DNA from: Camelus dromedarius
Taxonomy: Eukaryota
Reading direction: 5' to 3'
Length of the DNA: 64,000 nucleotides
Assembly (NCBI RefSeq): GCF_036321535.1
Contig: NC_087457.1
Span: 29,140,001-29,204,000 of the forward strand
Part shown: piece after piece, positions 36,945 to 49,086 of the stretch
Layout of the letters: each line of letters starts with the position of its first letter
Numbering within the stretch: position 1 is the stretch's first letter
Translations under genes and position numbers: made by a program
Notes under the pieces: model-generated
What the model was told of the DNA's origin: nothing
What the model saw: only the letters and a program-made list of their open reading frames with translations
The model's database searches: none

Positions 36945-38545
36945 TTTTTGGTTTTTTTTTTTTGGTTTTTTGTTTGTTTGTTTTGATGCTGCATTGCATG
37001 AGCTGATTATACATGTTTGATATTAACCTCTTATCAGTCAAATCATTTGCAATATTTTCTCCCATTCAGCAGGTTGTCTTTTCATTCTGTCAATGGTTTC
37101 CTTTGCTGTGGAAAAGATTTTAAGTTTAGCCAAGTCCCATTTGTTTATTTTTACTTTTGTTTCCTTTGCTTTAGGAGACGGATCCAAAAACTATTGCTGC
37201 AATTTATGTCCAAGAGTGTTTTGCTTATGTTTCCCTTTAGGAGTTTTATAGCATCCAGTCGGACACTTAGATTTTTAATCCATTTTGAATTTACTTTTGT
37301 ATATGGTGTTAGAAAGTGTTCTAATTTCATTGCTTTACATGTGGCTGTCCAGTTTCCCCAGCACCACTTCTGTCTTTTCTCCATTGTATATTCTTGCCTC
37401 CTCTGTTGTAGTTTAACTGAGCATAAGTGCGTGGTTTTATTTATGGGCTGTCTATCCTGTTCCATTGGTCTGTGTCTGTTTTTGTGCCAGTACTATACCA
37501 TTTTGATTACTGCAGCTTTGTAGTATAGTCTGCAGTCAGGGAGCAGGATTCCTCCCATTCTGCTCTTTTATCTCAAAATTGTTTCAGCTCTTTGGGGGTT
37601 TTTGTGTTTCCATAGAAATNNNNNNNNNNNNNNNNNNNNNNNNNNNNNNNNNNNNNNNNNNNNNNNNNNNNNNNNNNNNNNNNNNNNNNNNNNNNNNNNN
37701 NNNNNNNNNNNNNNNNNNNNNNNNNNNNNNNNNNNNNNNNNNNNNNNNNNNNNNNNNNNNNNNNNNNNNNNNNNNNNNNNNNNNNAACAAAAAGAGCACA
37801 AATAACAAATATTATNNNNNNNNNNNNNNNNNNNNNNNNNNNNNNNNNNNNNNNNNNNNNNNNNNNNNNNNNNNNNNNNNNNNNNNNNNNNNNNNNNNNN
37901 NNNNNNNNNNNNNNNNNNNNNNNNNNNNNNNNNNNNNNNNNNNNNNNNNNNNNNNNNNNNNNNNNNNNNNNNNNNNNACACTAACTTGAAAAAATATATA
38001 CACGTCAATGTTCATAGCAGCATTATTTGCAACTACCAAGATGTGGAAGCAACCCAAGTGTCCATCAATAGATGAATGGATAAAGAAGATGTGGTACACA
38101 CACACAACAGAATACTACTTAGATATAAAACAGAATGAAATGTTGCCATTTTCAGCAACATGGATGGACCTAGAGAATATTAATATTTGTGAAGTAAGTC
38201 AGACAGAGAAAAAAGTAGTATATGATATAATATAACTTACATGTAAAACCTACAAAATACAATAATCTAGTGAATATAACAAAAAAAGAAGCAGGCTCGC
38301 AGATATAGAGAACAAACTAGTGGTTATCAGTGGGGAGAGAGAAATAAGGAGGGGCAAATGGGGTAGGGAATTAAGAAGTACAAAGTATTATGTGTGAAAT
38401 AAGCTACAAGGATATATTGTACAACACAGGAAATACAGTCAATATTGTATAATAACTATAAACAGAGTATAACCTTTAAAGTTTGACTTACATAGTGTAA
38501 CTTACATAGTATTGTACATCAACTATACTTCAAATTAAAAAAAAA
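36945..38545 (+). mobile_element. LINE-1 (L1MA9/L1_Art-like) 3' ~1.6 kb with 5' inversion; two N gaps (37620-37785, 37816-37977)
   Basis: Antisense ORF2 (37151-37465: WCWGNWTATCKAMKLEHFLTPYTKVNSKWIK), then sense ORF2 C-terminus (38008-38235: MFIAALFATTKMWKQPKCPSIDEWIKKMWY), 3' UTR and A-tail CAACTATACTTCAAATTAAAAAAAAA. Confidence 0.9.
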
Positions 38546-41500
38546 TCACAGTTTACCAGTTTCTCTCCATCATTAATGTAATCACATTATGTTTGCTCAT
38601 GCAGGTTTTGTTTAAGTTGTTTAAGCATCCATTACCTATAGATGCCTCAGTACTTGTCCTTACAGATGACCTAGCCTGTCTCTCTGGCAGTATTTCAGTC
38701 AAGAGTTTCCACCAATGTTATGATATGAACAATTCGAGTGCGAGCAGTTAGCAAAGCCGTTACTGAGGCCAGCTCATCAAGGACATGACGATGGCAGCTC
38801 CGCAAGACATTTTCAGTCTATCAAATTCCCCGAACCTTGTGCAGCTAATAAATACTTAAATTTATAAAAAAAGAATGTTACATATAAATTGCAGGCATTC
38901 CAAATATAAGAAAACCGTTATCATATATCATATCATAATATTTTATTAGTTGTTACATATTGATTTTTCTATTTCTTTACTAATTATTACATTATCACTA
39001 AACTCCAGTCTAATTGTGTAGAAGAAAAAAGCAATCTGAAATTCCAGATTAAGGGGAAACAGATCAGCATTCCATTTTAAAACAGCCTGTAAGGCAAGTT
39101 GAGTGAAAGTGATTTATTTAATAAACAGATTTTAAGAGAAAGGCTTTCAAATAAATGAACAAAAACTACAAATATATAAATGTCCACATTATTCTCTAGA
39201 TTTTCTGTATGTATTTTAACTTACTGTTTAAAGAACACTGAAGTAGCTGAGTAGATTTAAGAAGATGTCCACCTCAGAGCATGTACTCCCTTATGTAAAT
39301 TGATACTGTGGTGAAATTTCGACACTGTTCCAAACCTCACAGTCTGTAATGACAGACTGAGTTGTCATAACCATACGTTTGAGAGAAAAAGGGAACTTGG
39401 GCTTTCACTGAAAAAGCAATCTGTCCAAAATACATCTTCCAAATCAACAGAGCAGAATTAGATTTTCATTACACACTGATTCTTTTTAAAGTCTTTGATT
39501 AGCCTCATGAAAGATTCATTTTCAGGCACATCAGGTTCATTATTATTATGAGCAGTTTATATTTTTGTTGCTTTTCAAAAGAACAGTTAGTTGCATGGGT
39601 GAAGAATAATACTTGACATATGACAAGGGTACATAATTTAAAAATCAAACAGGTACTTGAAAATGACAAACACGTCCAAAAGCTAAAAATACCAAAGTGA
39701 AAAGGGCTGCACGGATAATTAAATAGTTAATTGCTTTTTACCGTAATAGGCCCATGTATGCTATTTTGCTTAGGTTGATATTGAGATGAGTTTGTGTTAT
39801 AAAATCTCATTCAAAACTAATAACTGATATTGATGGAAGAAGTAAAAGCTTATAGTGTCTTTTTTTTCTTTTACTTTTTTGATTTTTATGTCAATACATC
39901 TTTCATGAAGTACCTATTAGCTACCTGTATGAAGCTTGACTATGACATGACAACAAAATTACTTCTAATACGAGTGAAATAGGGTATCTAATTATGACCT
40001 TAGGAGGCTTGGAAAATAATGCTCTGTAAAATCTTTCATGAACATCTTAATTTTGCCATTAAAATAGAAACGGTCAATATCACCTAATTTCTAAGTTTTT
40101 ACATAATATGTGGAGACAAAATCAACTATTATTTGTTCTTACCATATAATTACACTTTTCTTAAAACAGCAGGTATGTACACATCTACTAATATTTGAAG
40201 AATTATTTCTATGTAGTTGGGAAAAAGTGTTTAAAAATGAGTTATTGAATTATTTTGTTTAAGAATTAAAATAAATTATGCGGTTAACGTGACTGCTTTT
40301 CCTGAATTCATTTATAAAGAATCTGATTGCTTCATTTCAGGGCTTCGAAGGACACACAGTTTTTATATATCTGACAGTAATATCATCGATAGCTTTTCAC
40401 ATATTCAGAATGATCAACTGATAAATGATGTTGTGTTACACTGATTTTGTTCCAGTTGTTTGAACTATGCAATTCTTATCATAGAAATATAGATTCCAAA
40501 CTACTTTATCAGTTATAGAGTTTTAACACTTCATGCATCAGAACAGATCAGGGGAATGGTCCTGTTCTGGTATATTCTAGCCTCCACTAATATAAATAGC
40601 TTGCCTTTTCCCACACCTTGCCTTGCTGTTCATCACTAAAGAAATAATTTGCAGCAGTGGTCCTCTAATTCAAGAACAGGTCAGTAACAAGGGATTCCTT
40701 TGCTAAGCTTTGCCCTAATGCATACATTCTGAGAACCATATGTATGTACAATAAGGTGCATTATGAGAAGATCTGACAAATTCTATGTGTCTGCAAATCA
40801 AATCCTAGTCTTTAATCTCAGATTCACTTTTAAGTTAGGAATATAATTTTTACTGATGGCTTTTTAAAAATCAGCAATAATGATCATGGGACTGGTATTT
40901 TAAAACTATTTAAGAAGAAGTGCACTATTAAATGATTATGACAATTTCTTATTATTCAAATGTCATATTTTTTGGAATGCCTCTCCTAGAGTTTTCACTT
41001 GACTAGCAATTACGAGGTTACACAAAGAAATGTAACATTGTGAAATTAATACAGAACATGTTTCATAAGAAGCTTTTCATATTCATCTAAATTAGTAATA
41101 TATTATTTCTACTTTCTAAATAGTAATCACTTTCTACATAAAATGTTTTCTTTTCTCAATATAATTTTGGCATTGAATCAATCAGAATATATACTCATAC
41201 ATATAACTTGCATTCTTTTTAGAATATTAAAAAAACAGTATTTTTTACAAAATGCCATTACTTCTGGACATTACTACAAGTCATTCTTTCAATTAAGAAA
41301 AGTAGAAATAACTGTATAACTATTAAGGTGATTTAAAGTATCAAATTTCATTTATAAAAAATTTCTCAGCCTTTCCTTAGAATGAAACATGTTCCGGCAA
41401 GAGTGCCTAAAGCAAAGTGAAATGTTTATTTCCTGAGTTTTATTTAAAATGTGGCCAGTTATTTAAAAATTTCTGAGTCATTAAATTTCCACTAAAGTCA

Positions 41501-42499
41501 CATTTATGCACAAATTATTATTAATTACTCGGTAACTTTTCAAAATGTCTATAGTAAACATGAATATTCTCTTTACAAGAGGCAGTGATTTGTTTGTAAA
41601 TATTTGCATATATTTATATACATCTGAAGCTTCTATGTACGTATCTATGCATACTGAAACTTCACGCTAGTAGGTAAGAACTTGATATAACCTCGGTCCA
41701 TCCAAGGACATTTGTTTTTCAAAATATTCAGATTATTTTTACTAACGTTTATAATAATGTATATATTGTAGCAAGATGCTTAACGTTATGATTGAGACTG
41801 GTTGAAAGCCCTTAGAAGTAAAGTTCCAAAAAAAAAAAATTAAATAAAGAGGAAGTAGTGAAAATCAGAACAGCATTCAAGAGGACTTAAACAAATAAAA
41901 GGTATGCGGGCTGCAGTAAAAATACAGATGTTTTAGTGGTGCAGTTTGAGCTGTGGCCAGAGGATCTCAACCAACATAACTGAATAAAAGTGAAATTAAG
42001 ATTTTCCTCGCACCTTGGGCAGCCTCATTTGACATATTATAAATGGGCAGGCCAGATGGTGTTTGGGCAAACAATCAGGTTCAACTGCAAACCTGTCCTC
42101 TGTAACAAACACACATGTAACAGAAAGCTGCTAAGCTTTCAAACTCTGCCTGAATAACTCTAGGAAGAGAACCAAAATGCACTGTCCTTCCATACGCCGA
42201 TCTTATTATTGGACACAAAACACGTTACACGAAGCAACCTAAAATCTTGCGAATCATCTCCAATGTTTTCTAATTAGAGATTCAGGCGATAAACATATAA
42301 TTAACTCAATCTAGGGATTTATTTGAATGGGATATAGACGATTTTACTTCTTTTGTATTAATTGTCATAGTCACAGTGATTCGGGGCCACACGACTTCAG
42401 TCAGGACAGCTTTAGCTACGAAAGTTTAAATGGAACCACACGTGACAGATTCTGTTACATTACAGAGGTAAGGCTGCATTCCATTTTCTGCAGGATTAC

Positions 42500-42524
42500 A
42501 AAAAAAAAAAAAAAAAAAAAAAAA
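42500..42524 (+). repeat. poly(A)25
   Basis: Direct read. Confidence 0.95.
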
Positions 42525-42529
42525 GGAAT

Positions 42530-42790
42530 AGAGCAGACACAGGAGCCAGAATGTGAATCCAAATCCTGAATCTGCTAATTAACCTTTGTATCCTTGGCAC
42601 ATTTACTTAACTTTTTGGTAGCTCAGTCTCTTCATCTGCCAAATGGACAAACAGGAGCGGATGAACAGCATACCTGCAAATTGTGTACGTGTAAATTTGA
42701 CCATGTTGATAATCATATTAAAACCAAATACTGTAATACAATTCCAGGGTCTTCACCTGCATTATCGGTGCTAAATGATCACATATAGTG
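42530..42790 (+). mobile_element. MIR SINE
   Basis: GGAGCCAGAATGTGAATCCAAATCCTGAATCTGC...CCTTGGCACATTTACTTAAC...CTCAGTCTCTTCATCTGCCAAATGG. Confidence 0.7.
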
Positions 42791-44247
42791 TTTTAATATT
42801 TTTAATATAGTGATTCTCAAACTGGGTTCGGTGGGCATTTGGAGAGGTTATGAGCTCTCATGCTTGAGAAATACTGTTGTATATGATGACACGTGCATGA
42901 GACCAAGAGTTTATAACTGAAATAGGTAAAAATGTTTTTTTTAAATGTCACCATAAACCGTTTTTATGTTTTTTTATTTTTACATCCTTTGAATCTTCAA
43001 CAAGAAGAAATGCCCACATCTTGGTAGTGCTAGGATATTTCACCTGCTGGCACAGGACACTTTCTTATTTTGATTCAAATCATAAGCTTAGGCTAGAAAA
43101 TCTTATACTTGCTTCACGAGGGCTCAGTTCTCTAAATAGTAATCACTTTTTCAAGGTGTTTCACAGGGTTTGCAACAACTAACTGCAAATTTGTTCTTCA
43201 ATTTAACAATGTTTCTATATCCTCTCTTCTTATGAGGTGGGATGTATAATTCATATCTTAAAATGTGGTCTTATACTTTCATGTGCCTCGACTTCTAGAT
43301 ACTACAGTGATTAATTAGGACCACAAATAACCACTATTTCAAATAAGTATCTTTATAGCTTTTTCTGAAAAAGAGCTGCATTATATTGTAAGCATTTTAC
43401 AATGGTCTACAGTGGTCTTAAATATTTTTTTGAAAATACAGTATGTAAAGTTGTTTAGAATTACGTGCTGTGGGGTAAAGCATAACACCTCACGTCTTAG
43501 TGTTAGACATGTAGGTCTTTATGGATGTTAGCTAACTATAGATCATGTTGCATTTCTGTAAACACATCATTGTCTACTGTATATTTCATTGTGTCTTGCT
43601 TTTTCTTTTTAAATAGGATGGATTTCAACAGGTTTTTATCAATCAACAAAAAAAGTTGAGACTTGAAACACATTGCTTGTATTCAATGATACATTATTTT
43701 AAATACTCTCTCTTTGACTATTATATTTAAATTAGATTAAACATGTTGGTATCAAGAGAGAAGAAATATATTGGAGAGAATAAAAATGGATTATAATTAA
43801 TTCCTGACTTTCCCCCATTCTTGATTGAGAAGAACCTTGGGTTGAGAGAAATAATCTATGTTAAACCCAGAGATGTTAGATGGAGATTTAACACCAAGGA
43901 GAAAAAATAGACTGTGAAACTTATTCTAAGTATAGAACATATTTTATTAGTTATTATTAATACTTAATTACCAAGTGAGGATTTTTTAATGGACCATAAA
44001 CTAGTATTAGAGAAACCCATGCTTTAATTATAAATTCAAATTTGACTAAGTTTCTTTACTTTTCTTTTTTGTTTTTACTTCCAAAAGCTATAAGATTTTA
44101 ATGACATAGTTAAATGAAAGTTGTGAATTACTTCATAACACAGGGTATACACAAACTCTGTATGTGATATCTGTTAATTCTGTAACGTGATCCTTCCAGG
44201 ACTGGAAGAATCCCCTAGTATTGTCATAGCAAAGTCAATGCGAGAGT

Positions 44248-44279
44248 GCACCATCTAGTGTTGACAGTGTGGAAATGCG
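44248..44279 (-). promoter_or_regulatory. Candidate CTCF site with upstream (U) motif
   Basis: Minus strand CGCATTTCC-ACACTG-TCA-ACACTAGATGGTGC; the core is 12/14 to CCACTAGATGGCGC and a U-motif-like element sits at the 6-bp spacing. Confidence 0.5.
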
Positions 44280-44459
44280 GACACACGGGCCAGAGGCCGA
44301 GTACACAGAGGGGTATGTGTTATATGTTTTTAATCCACCTAGTTTAATCATATCCATATCTGTATTTATGTGAATATAGTCTAATTAACCTGAAAGGGGG
44401 GTGAACGAAAAAACACATAAAATGCGTAATAAATATAATATAATGACTCAGTGCATATT

Positions 44460-44680
44460 GTTTGAGGCAAGACTTTTTGGATACAAATTCCAGGTCCAAC
44501 ACTTGCTGGCTGTGTGAGCTTGTTATTTTTAAATCTCTTTGTCCATGTCTTCAAAGGTAAAACACAGTATGATAGGACCTATCACATGGGGTTCTTGCAA
44601 CGAATACAATAGCTAAACACGTATAAAGTACTTGGTAGGTCTGGTGTATGGCAAGTTCTCCAAACCATGTTTTAGAATAA
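44460..44680 (+). mobile_element. MIR SINE
   Basis: GATACAAATTCCAGGTCCAACACTTGCTGGCTGTGTGAGCTTG...ACCTATCACATGGGGTTCTTGCAACG. Confidence 0.7.
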
Positions 44681-45639
44681 ATGTCATTTCAATAGATAGT
44701 TGTGTAAGATAGCTGTAAATTTCATTGGGTGCTACAGAATTCTGGTTGGGAAATGTTCACTTAGATTCTTTTGTAAACCTTATTTTAACTTAGGACAGAA
44801 TGAGGACAAACTTTCTTGCCTCTTCAAAGTCACCAAACATCTTTGGTGACAGTTTTCAAGTTAGATTTTTACTAAAATTTCAGTGAGAAAGATAAACAAC
44901 CTCTTGTTAAAACTTCAAACTTGAATATTTCAAACATAATTCCTTAAATGAATGTGTATTATGATATTAATTATTCATTGCTTCATTAATCTAAGTCATT
45001 TTTTTTAAAGCAAGAAATATTATCAACACTGTGGGTGGACTTTTTTAGAATCACTTCATGGTTAAGTAATATATTTTATATATATATGAAATATAACATA
45101 TATATGAGAAATATAATATATATATATATAAATAAATAAGTTCCATAGAATATGTAGCTACTATATGCAAAAAGCTAAAAGGTAGTAATATTACCAAATT
45201 CATTTTGGATACTCCCCACTTTGTATAATTCACTCCCTATAAATTAATGGACGCGGTACTATTTTTATACAAAAGCTTTTCATAGAATTAGGTTGTAAGA
45301 CTATTGATCTGACTGTTGTCAAACAATTAATTCTCTGTGAGAGATATTTCTCAGTTCATCAGATTATATTTGTGGTTCTTAGCAATTATAGTGACAGCTG
45401 CCAAAATGGAAGCTGATTGCAGGGACCAAACAGATGATGTAAAGAAATAAGGGATGTCACGTGTCCTATCAAAAGGGACAGTGGCCACTTGAGGCAAACC
45501 AGACAGTTTATGCCCCATCCAAAGTGTACACACATACACACACATGCATGAATACTATCTATATAATACACAGATATGCACACGTTTAAAATTAAGCAGT
45601 TCTATATTGTCCTGGGGGCGTAGGGGGTAGGATCAACTC

Positions 45640-46000
45640 CCACCTAAAGTCATTAAGATGCAGAGACTGATGTCCCCATGCGCTCACCAATGAGGAATGA
45701 ATGGAATTTTAACTTTATTATTCAGACCTACGGGACTTTTCAGGAGGAACAAGAAAGGCACCAGCCAGTCCAAAGGACAAGAGGGAAGCAAGGTGGGCGG
45801 CTTGGACTTTTATTGTGCTTAGGAGGTAAGTCTGGGGCAGAGGTTCACACGTACAAAGTAGCGTCTAGGTGGCTTGAAATGTCTGCTAGCACCAAGGAAA
45901 GAGAAGCAGCCCAGATGTGGAAGAAGAGGGAAGGGGAGGGGAGGGACTGAAAGCTATCAATGGTCAAACATCAAAAATGCATGATTTCCTCTTTATTACA
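45640..46000 (-). mobile_element. ERVL LTR fragment (MER21C-like)
   Basis: Minus strand CCCTCCCCTCCCCTTCCCTCTTCTTCCACATCTGGGC...CTAAGCACAATAAAAGTCCAAGCC resembles MER21-group LTRs. Confidence 0.5.
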
Positions 46001-46819
46001 TATAGTTTCTCTCAATTAAAAACAACAACAACAACAAAAAACTAGAACAAAACAAAGTTGCATTGCTGGAGCTGCTACACAGTAATGAACAATTCACTGC
46101 TTTACGATGCTTTGGCTTACATTTTTTACACAAGTAGGCGGCAGAATCACAGGAGCTGCCCCTGCACACCTCCTGAGCAAAGCAAGAATAACACATGCTT
46201 GTAAGACCTGATGAAAAGAAAAAGACTTGAAAAAAGTTTCCAAAGGCTGTCAGGAATGAAAACACTGCATAGCAAGTAGGCGGAGGTGTTGTAGGTCTGG
46301 AGAATGTTTTCTCTGTGTCCTATTAAGAGGGACAGTTCAGACAGAGATTAGCTCTGAAGAGTTGCAAATATCAGAATTCATCAGCAAGGGACCAATATGT
46401 GCATTATTGCTATATTTTGAGGAGGACAGTCTGTTTTCATTACCTTTGTATATCATCCTGCTTCCACACAGTGTATAAGAATCTCTTGACTCTGCTTATG
46501 TAAAGAATTCTCTATAAACATACACACATACATATACAGATATATCTCTTAAAATATCAGTGAAAGGAAAGGAAATACAGAATTAAAAATTGAAAAGTAA
46601 AAAGTAATTTTTGCTCAGTTTCTACAAAACATTCCTGAGTTCTGATTTTTATATATGGCCTTCCATAATGTTCTTGTTTTTTAGCACCAACGCTATTATG
46701 TCTTGTTGATGTCTGCAGTATTGCCATTCACATATTGGTAAGAATGAACCAGAATACTGTATTATAAATTATTTTATAAAAATTTCTGTGTATTACATTT
46801 TGACACCTTAAAAAACCTT

Positions 46820-47240
46820 TCTGACTGGAGAGAGACTGCCCCTCTTTGGGCTAGCTAAAGAGGGTAACATCTTGCCTAACAGCATGCCTTTCGTATGCAA
46901 ACCAACCAATCCCAAGTTTAGACCTCCGACTACCTCCTTTTCTCATTCTCACACACCAAGCCCCTGCTAAGTCACCCCAGGGCCAGGTACCAGGAAAACT
47001 AGTGACCAACCTTGTAGCCCAGAGCCCTCTGGTGTCATTCAAATTATCCTGCACTTTTCACACTGCCCTGTCTTTCCTTTTCTGCGGAGATCCCAGTGAA
47101 GGCTCTGGCTTAAACCTTCTGCTGTTTCCGGCCCTTTTGCCCCCTGATGGACACTAATGTCTTCCCCTCTGGCACTGGGTGACAATGTAGTGATTCCCCT
47201 CCCTGGCACCTGGGCTCTAATAAACTTCTTCCTTCCCATT
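46820..47240 (+). mobile_element. ERVL solo LTR (MER74/MER73/MER54-like)
   Basis: TATGCAAACCAACCAATCC...CACCCCAGGGCCAGGTACCAGG...CCCAGAGCCC...AATAAACTTC signature. Confidence 0.65.
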
Positions 47241-48639
47241 CTCATTCCCATTTCCCCCTGTGGCTGCACCTACTTTATCATACCTTGTCCAACGTGTTCA
47301 GTCTTAAACACTGCTCCACACATTTGTCCCTGGAATTCTAGTGCCCCAGCGATGTTAATCCCTGTCCACACAAGGGGGGTTCCTATTATCATTTCAATTA
47401 GGGATCTGCTGATCTAATAATGTATCATTGAACTTATCAGACACTTTGATAGGGTGACTTTAATTCAAATTTCTAAGAAGTGAAAACAGAATTCATTGTT
47501 TTGCAAGTTTACTGTAACAAATATAATTAACTTCCAGCATCCAGGATTTTATTTCTATGGAAGGGAAGGTGAGTCAGATAGTTTTGATTTTCTTCATTTG
47601 TCATTGTGAAAACAATGTGATATAAATGATGGATGCCTAACGTTGTTTGACTTGAATACCAACTGAAGTTTTAATATGTCCTTATAGTGGTATTCACATT
47701 AGCCCAATTTCAAAAGGTTATTAAAAACCTTCATAGTGTGTCTTAGAAGATAAAGGTATCCTAGTTTCCTTAAAAGTCCAAAAATAAAAAAGGGATGAAG
47801 TGGGTTTCTAAGATCACGGATCAGAAAATATTGATAACATCTGTAGTGGTATAAACCACAGGTGCCATTTACTCAGCACCAGTGTGGTATCCAACACTGG
47901 TTACAGATGGATGGAATCAGCACCATTGCTCCGTATTACTGGGGAAAGATACTGCCAGTCAGTGATCGCACATGCAAGTCTGCTCTATGAGCACTACTGC
48001 ATTTCTTTATTCGAATGGATGCAGTGCTTGTCAAAGTCCGAGTACCCTACTCTCAGGAACTCTGCTCTAAGACCAAGTGGTCAAGACTTAGCACCTGTCT
48101 TTAGAGTTCCAGTTCTCTGTATCCTGATTTTACCTTCTCTGTTTCCTGAAAGGTTCTGAGATTGTCTATTGTCTTTTACAACTCAGCATACTTCTCGTTT
48201 CCCCTTCCTCTCATCGAATCTCAGAGATCCTGTGAGTGACAGGAGCCGATAATAAACTCACGCAGTCTAGCATCTTCCTGGTTTTGACTGAAACATTCAC
48301 TCTCAAGAATTACACCCACCCGTCAGCTGCAGCATTGAGATCACAGTGTCCTAAGTCCCTCATTGCTTGAGAGGGTATTCCGAACGCCATTATCACTCCT
48401 GCTGAGTCCACGTTCCCTCCTCAGAGCTAGTAACTTAATGGTTGAACACACTGATACAATGCTCTTTGTTCAGTTAACTGATGCTTTCTTTCATTTGTAG
48501 ATTTCAATACCTTTGGACAACATTTTCCCTACATTAAACCACAGTACTAGCCCTGCTATTACGGAGAGAACAAGTTACCTAACCTATAAAACAGTCTTGG
48601 GTTTAAACACACACACAAAAAACCCCCACAGAATGTGCA

Positions 48640-48990
48640 GGCATTCTTTTATTTTTGGTTGGAGGTATACATTTCATACCAAACAGCACAGGCAAGATGA
48701 CGAAGATTTATGAGCCGTTGTTCAGTTTCCTTTAACTCACTCACCTCCCCCAAGCCTACAACTGCAGTGTGTAGGGACTCTTTCTTGTTTCTTGGGTATG
48801 CAGTGGACATGTCTTCCATGCATGGAGTAGGTTGTCTTCCAAGAGCCATCTCAGCCCTCCACATTGTGAAGGTGGTTTGGAAGAGGTGGGTTTTGACAGG
48901 CCATCCTTGCCATGGTTGTTGATTGAGAGATGAGCCAAGGCAAGCCATGCTTATGATTTGTGTTTGATGCTGTGAGCATTTCCTTTCTCT
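48640..48990. mobile_element. Probable degenerate LTR (MaLR-like) fragment
   Basis: GC-richer, LTR-like text only; family uncertain. Confidence 0.3.
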
Positions 48991-49009
48991 CACTGGATGT
49001 CAACAGAGG

Positions 49010-49010
<1 letters not shown>

Positions 49011-49085
<75 letters not shown>
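49011..49085 (+). repeat. (TAA)25 perfect trinucleotide microsatellite
   Basis: Direct read; source of the poly-Tyr ORF 48851..49090. Confidence 0.97.

Positions 49086-49086
<1 letters not shown>

Noticed and set aside
37017-37523. 168-aa + strand ORF
   Set aside because: Antisense reading of inverted L1 ORF2.
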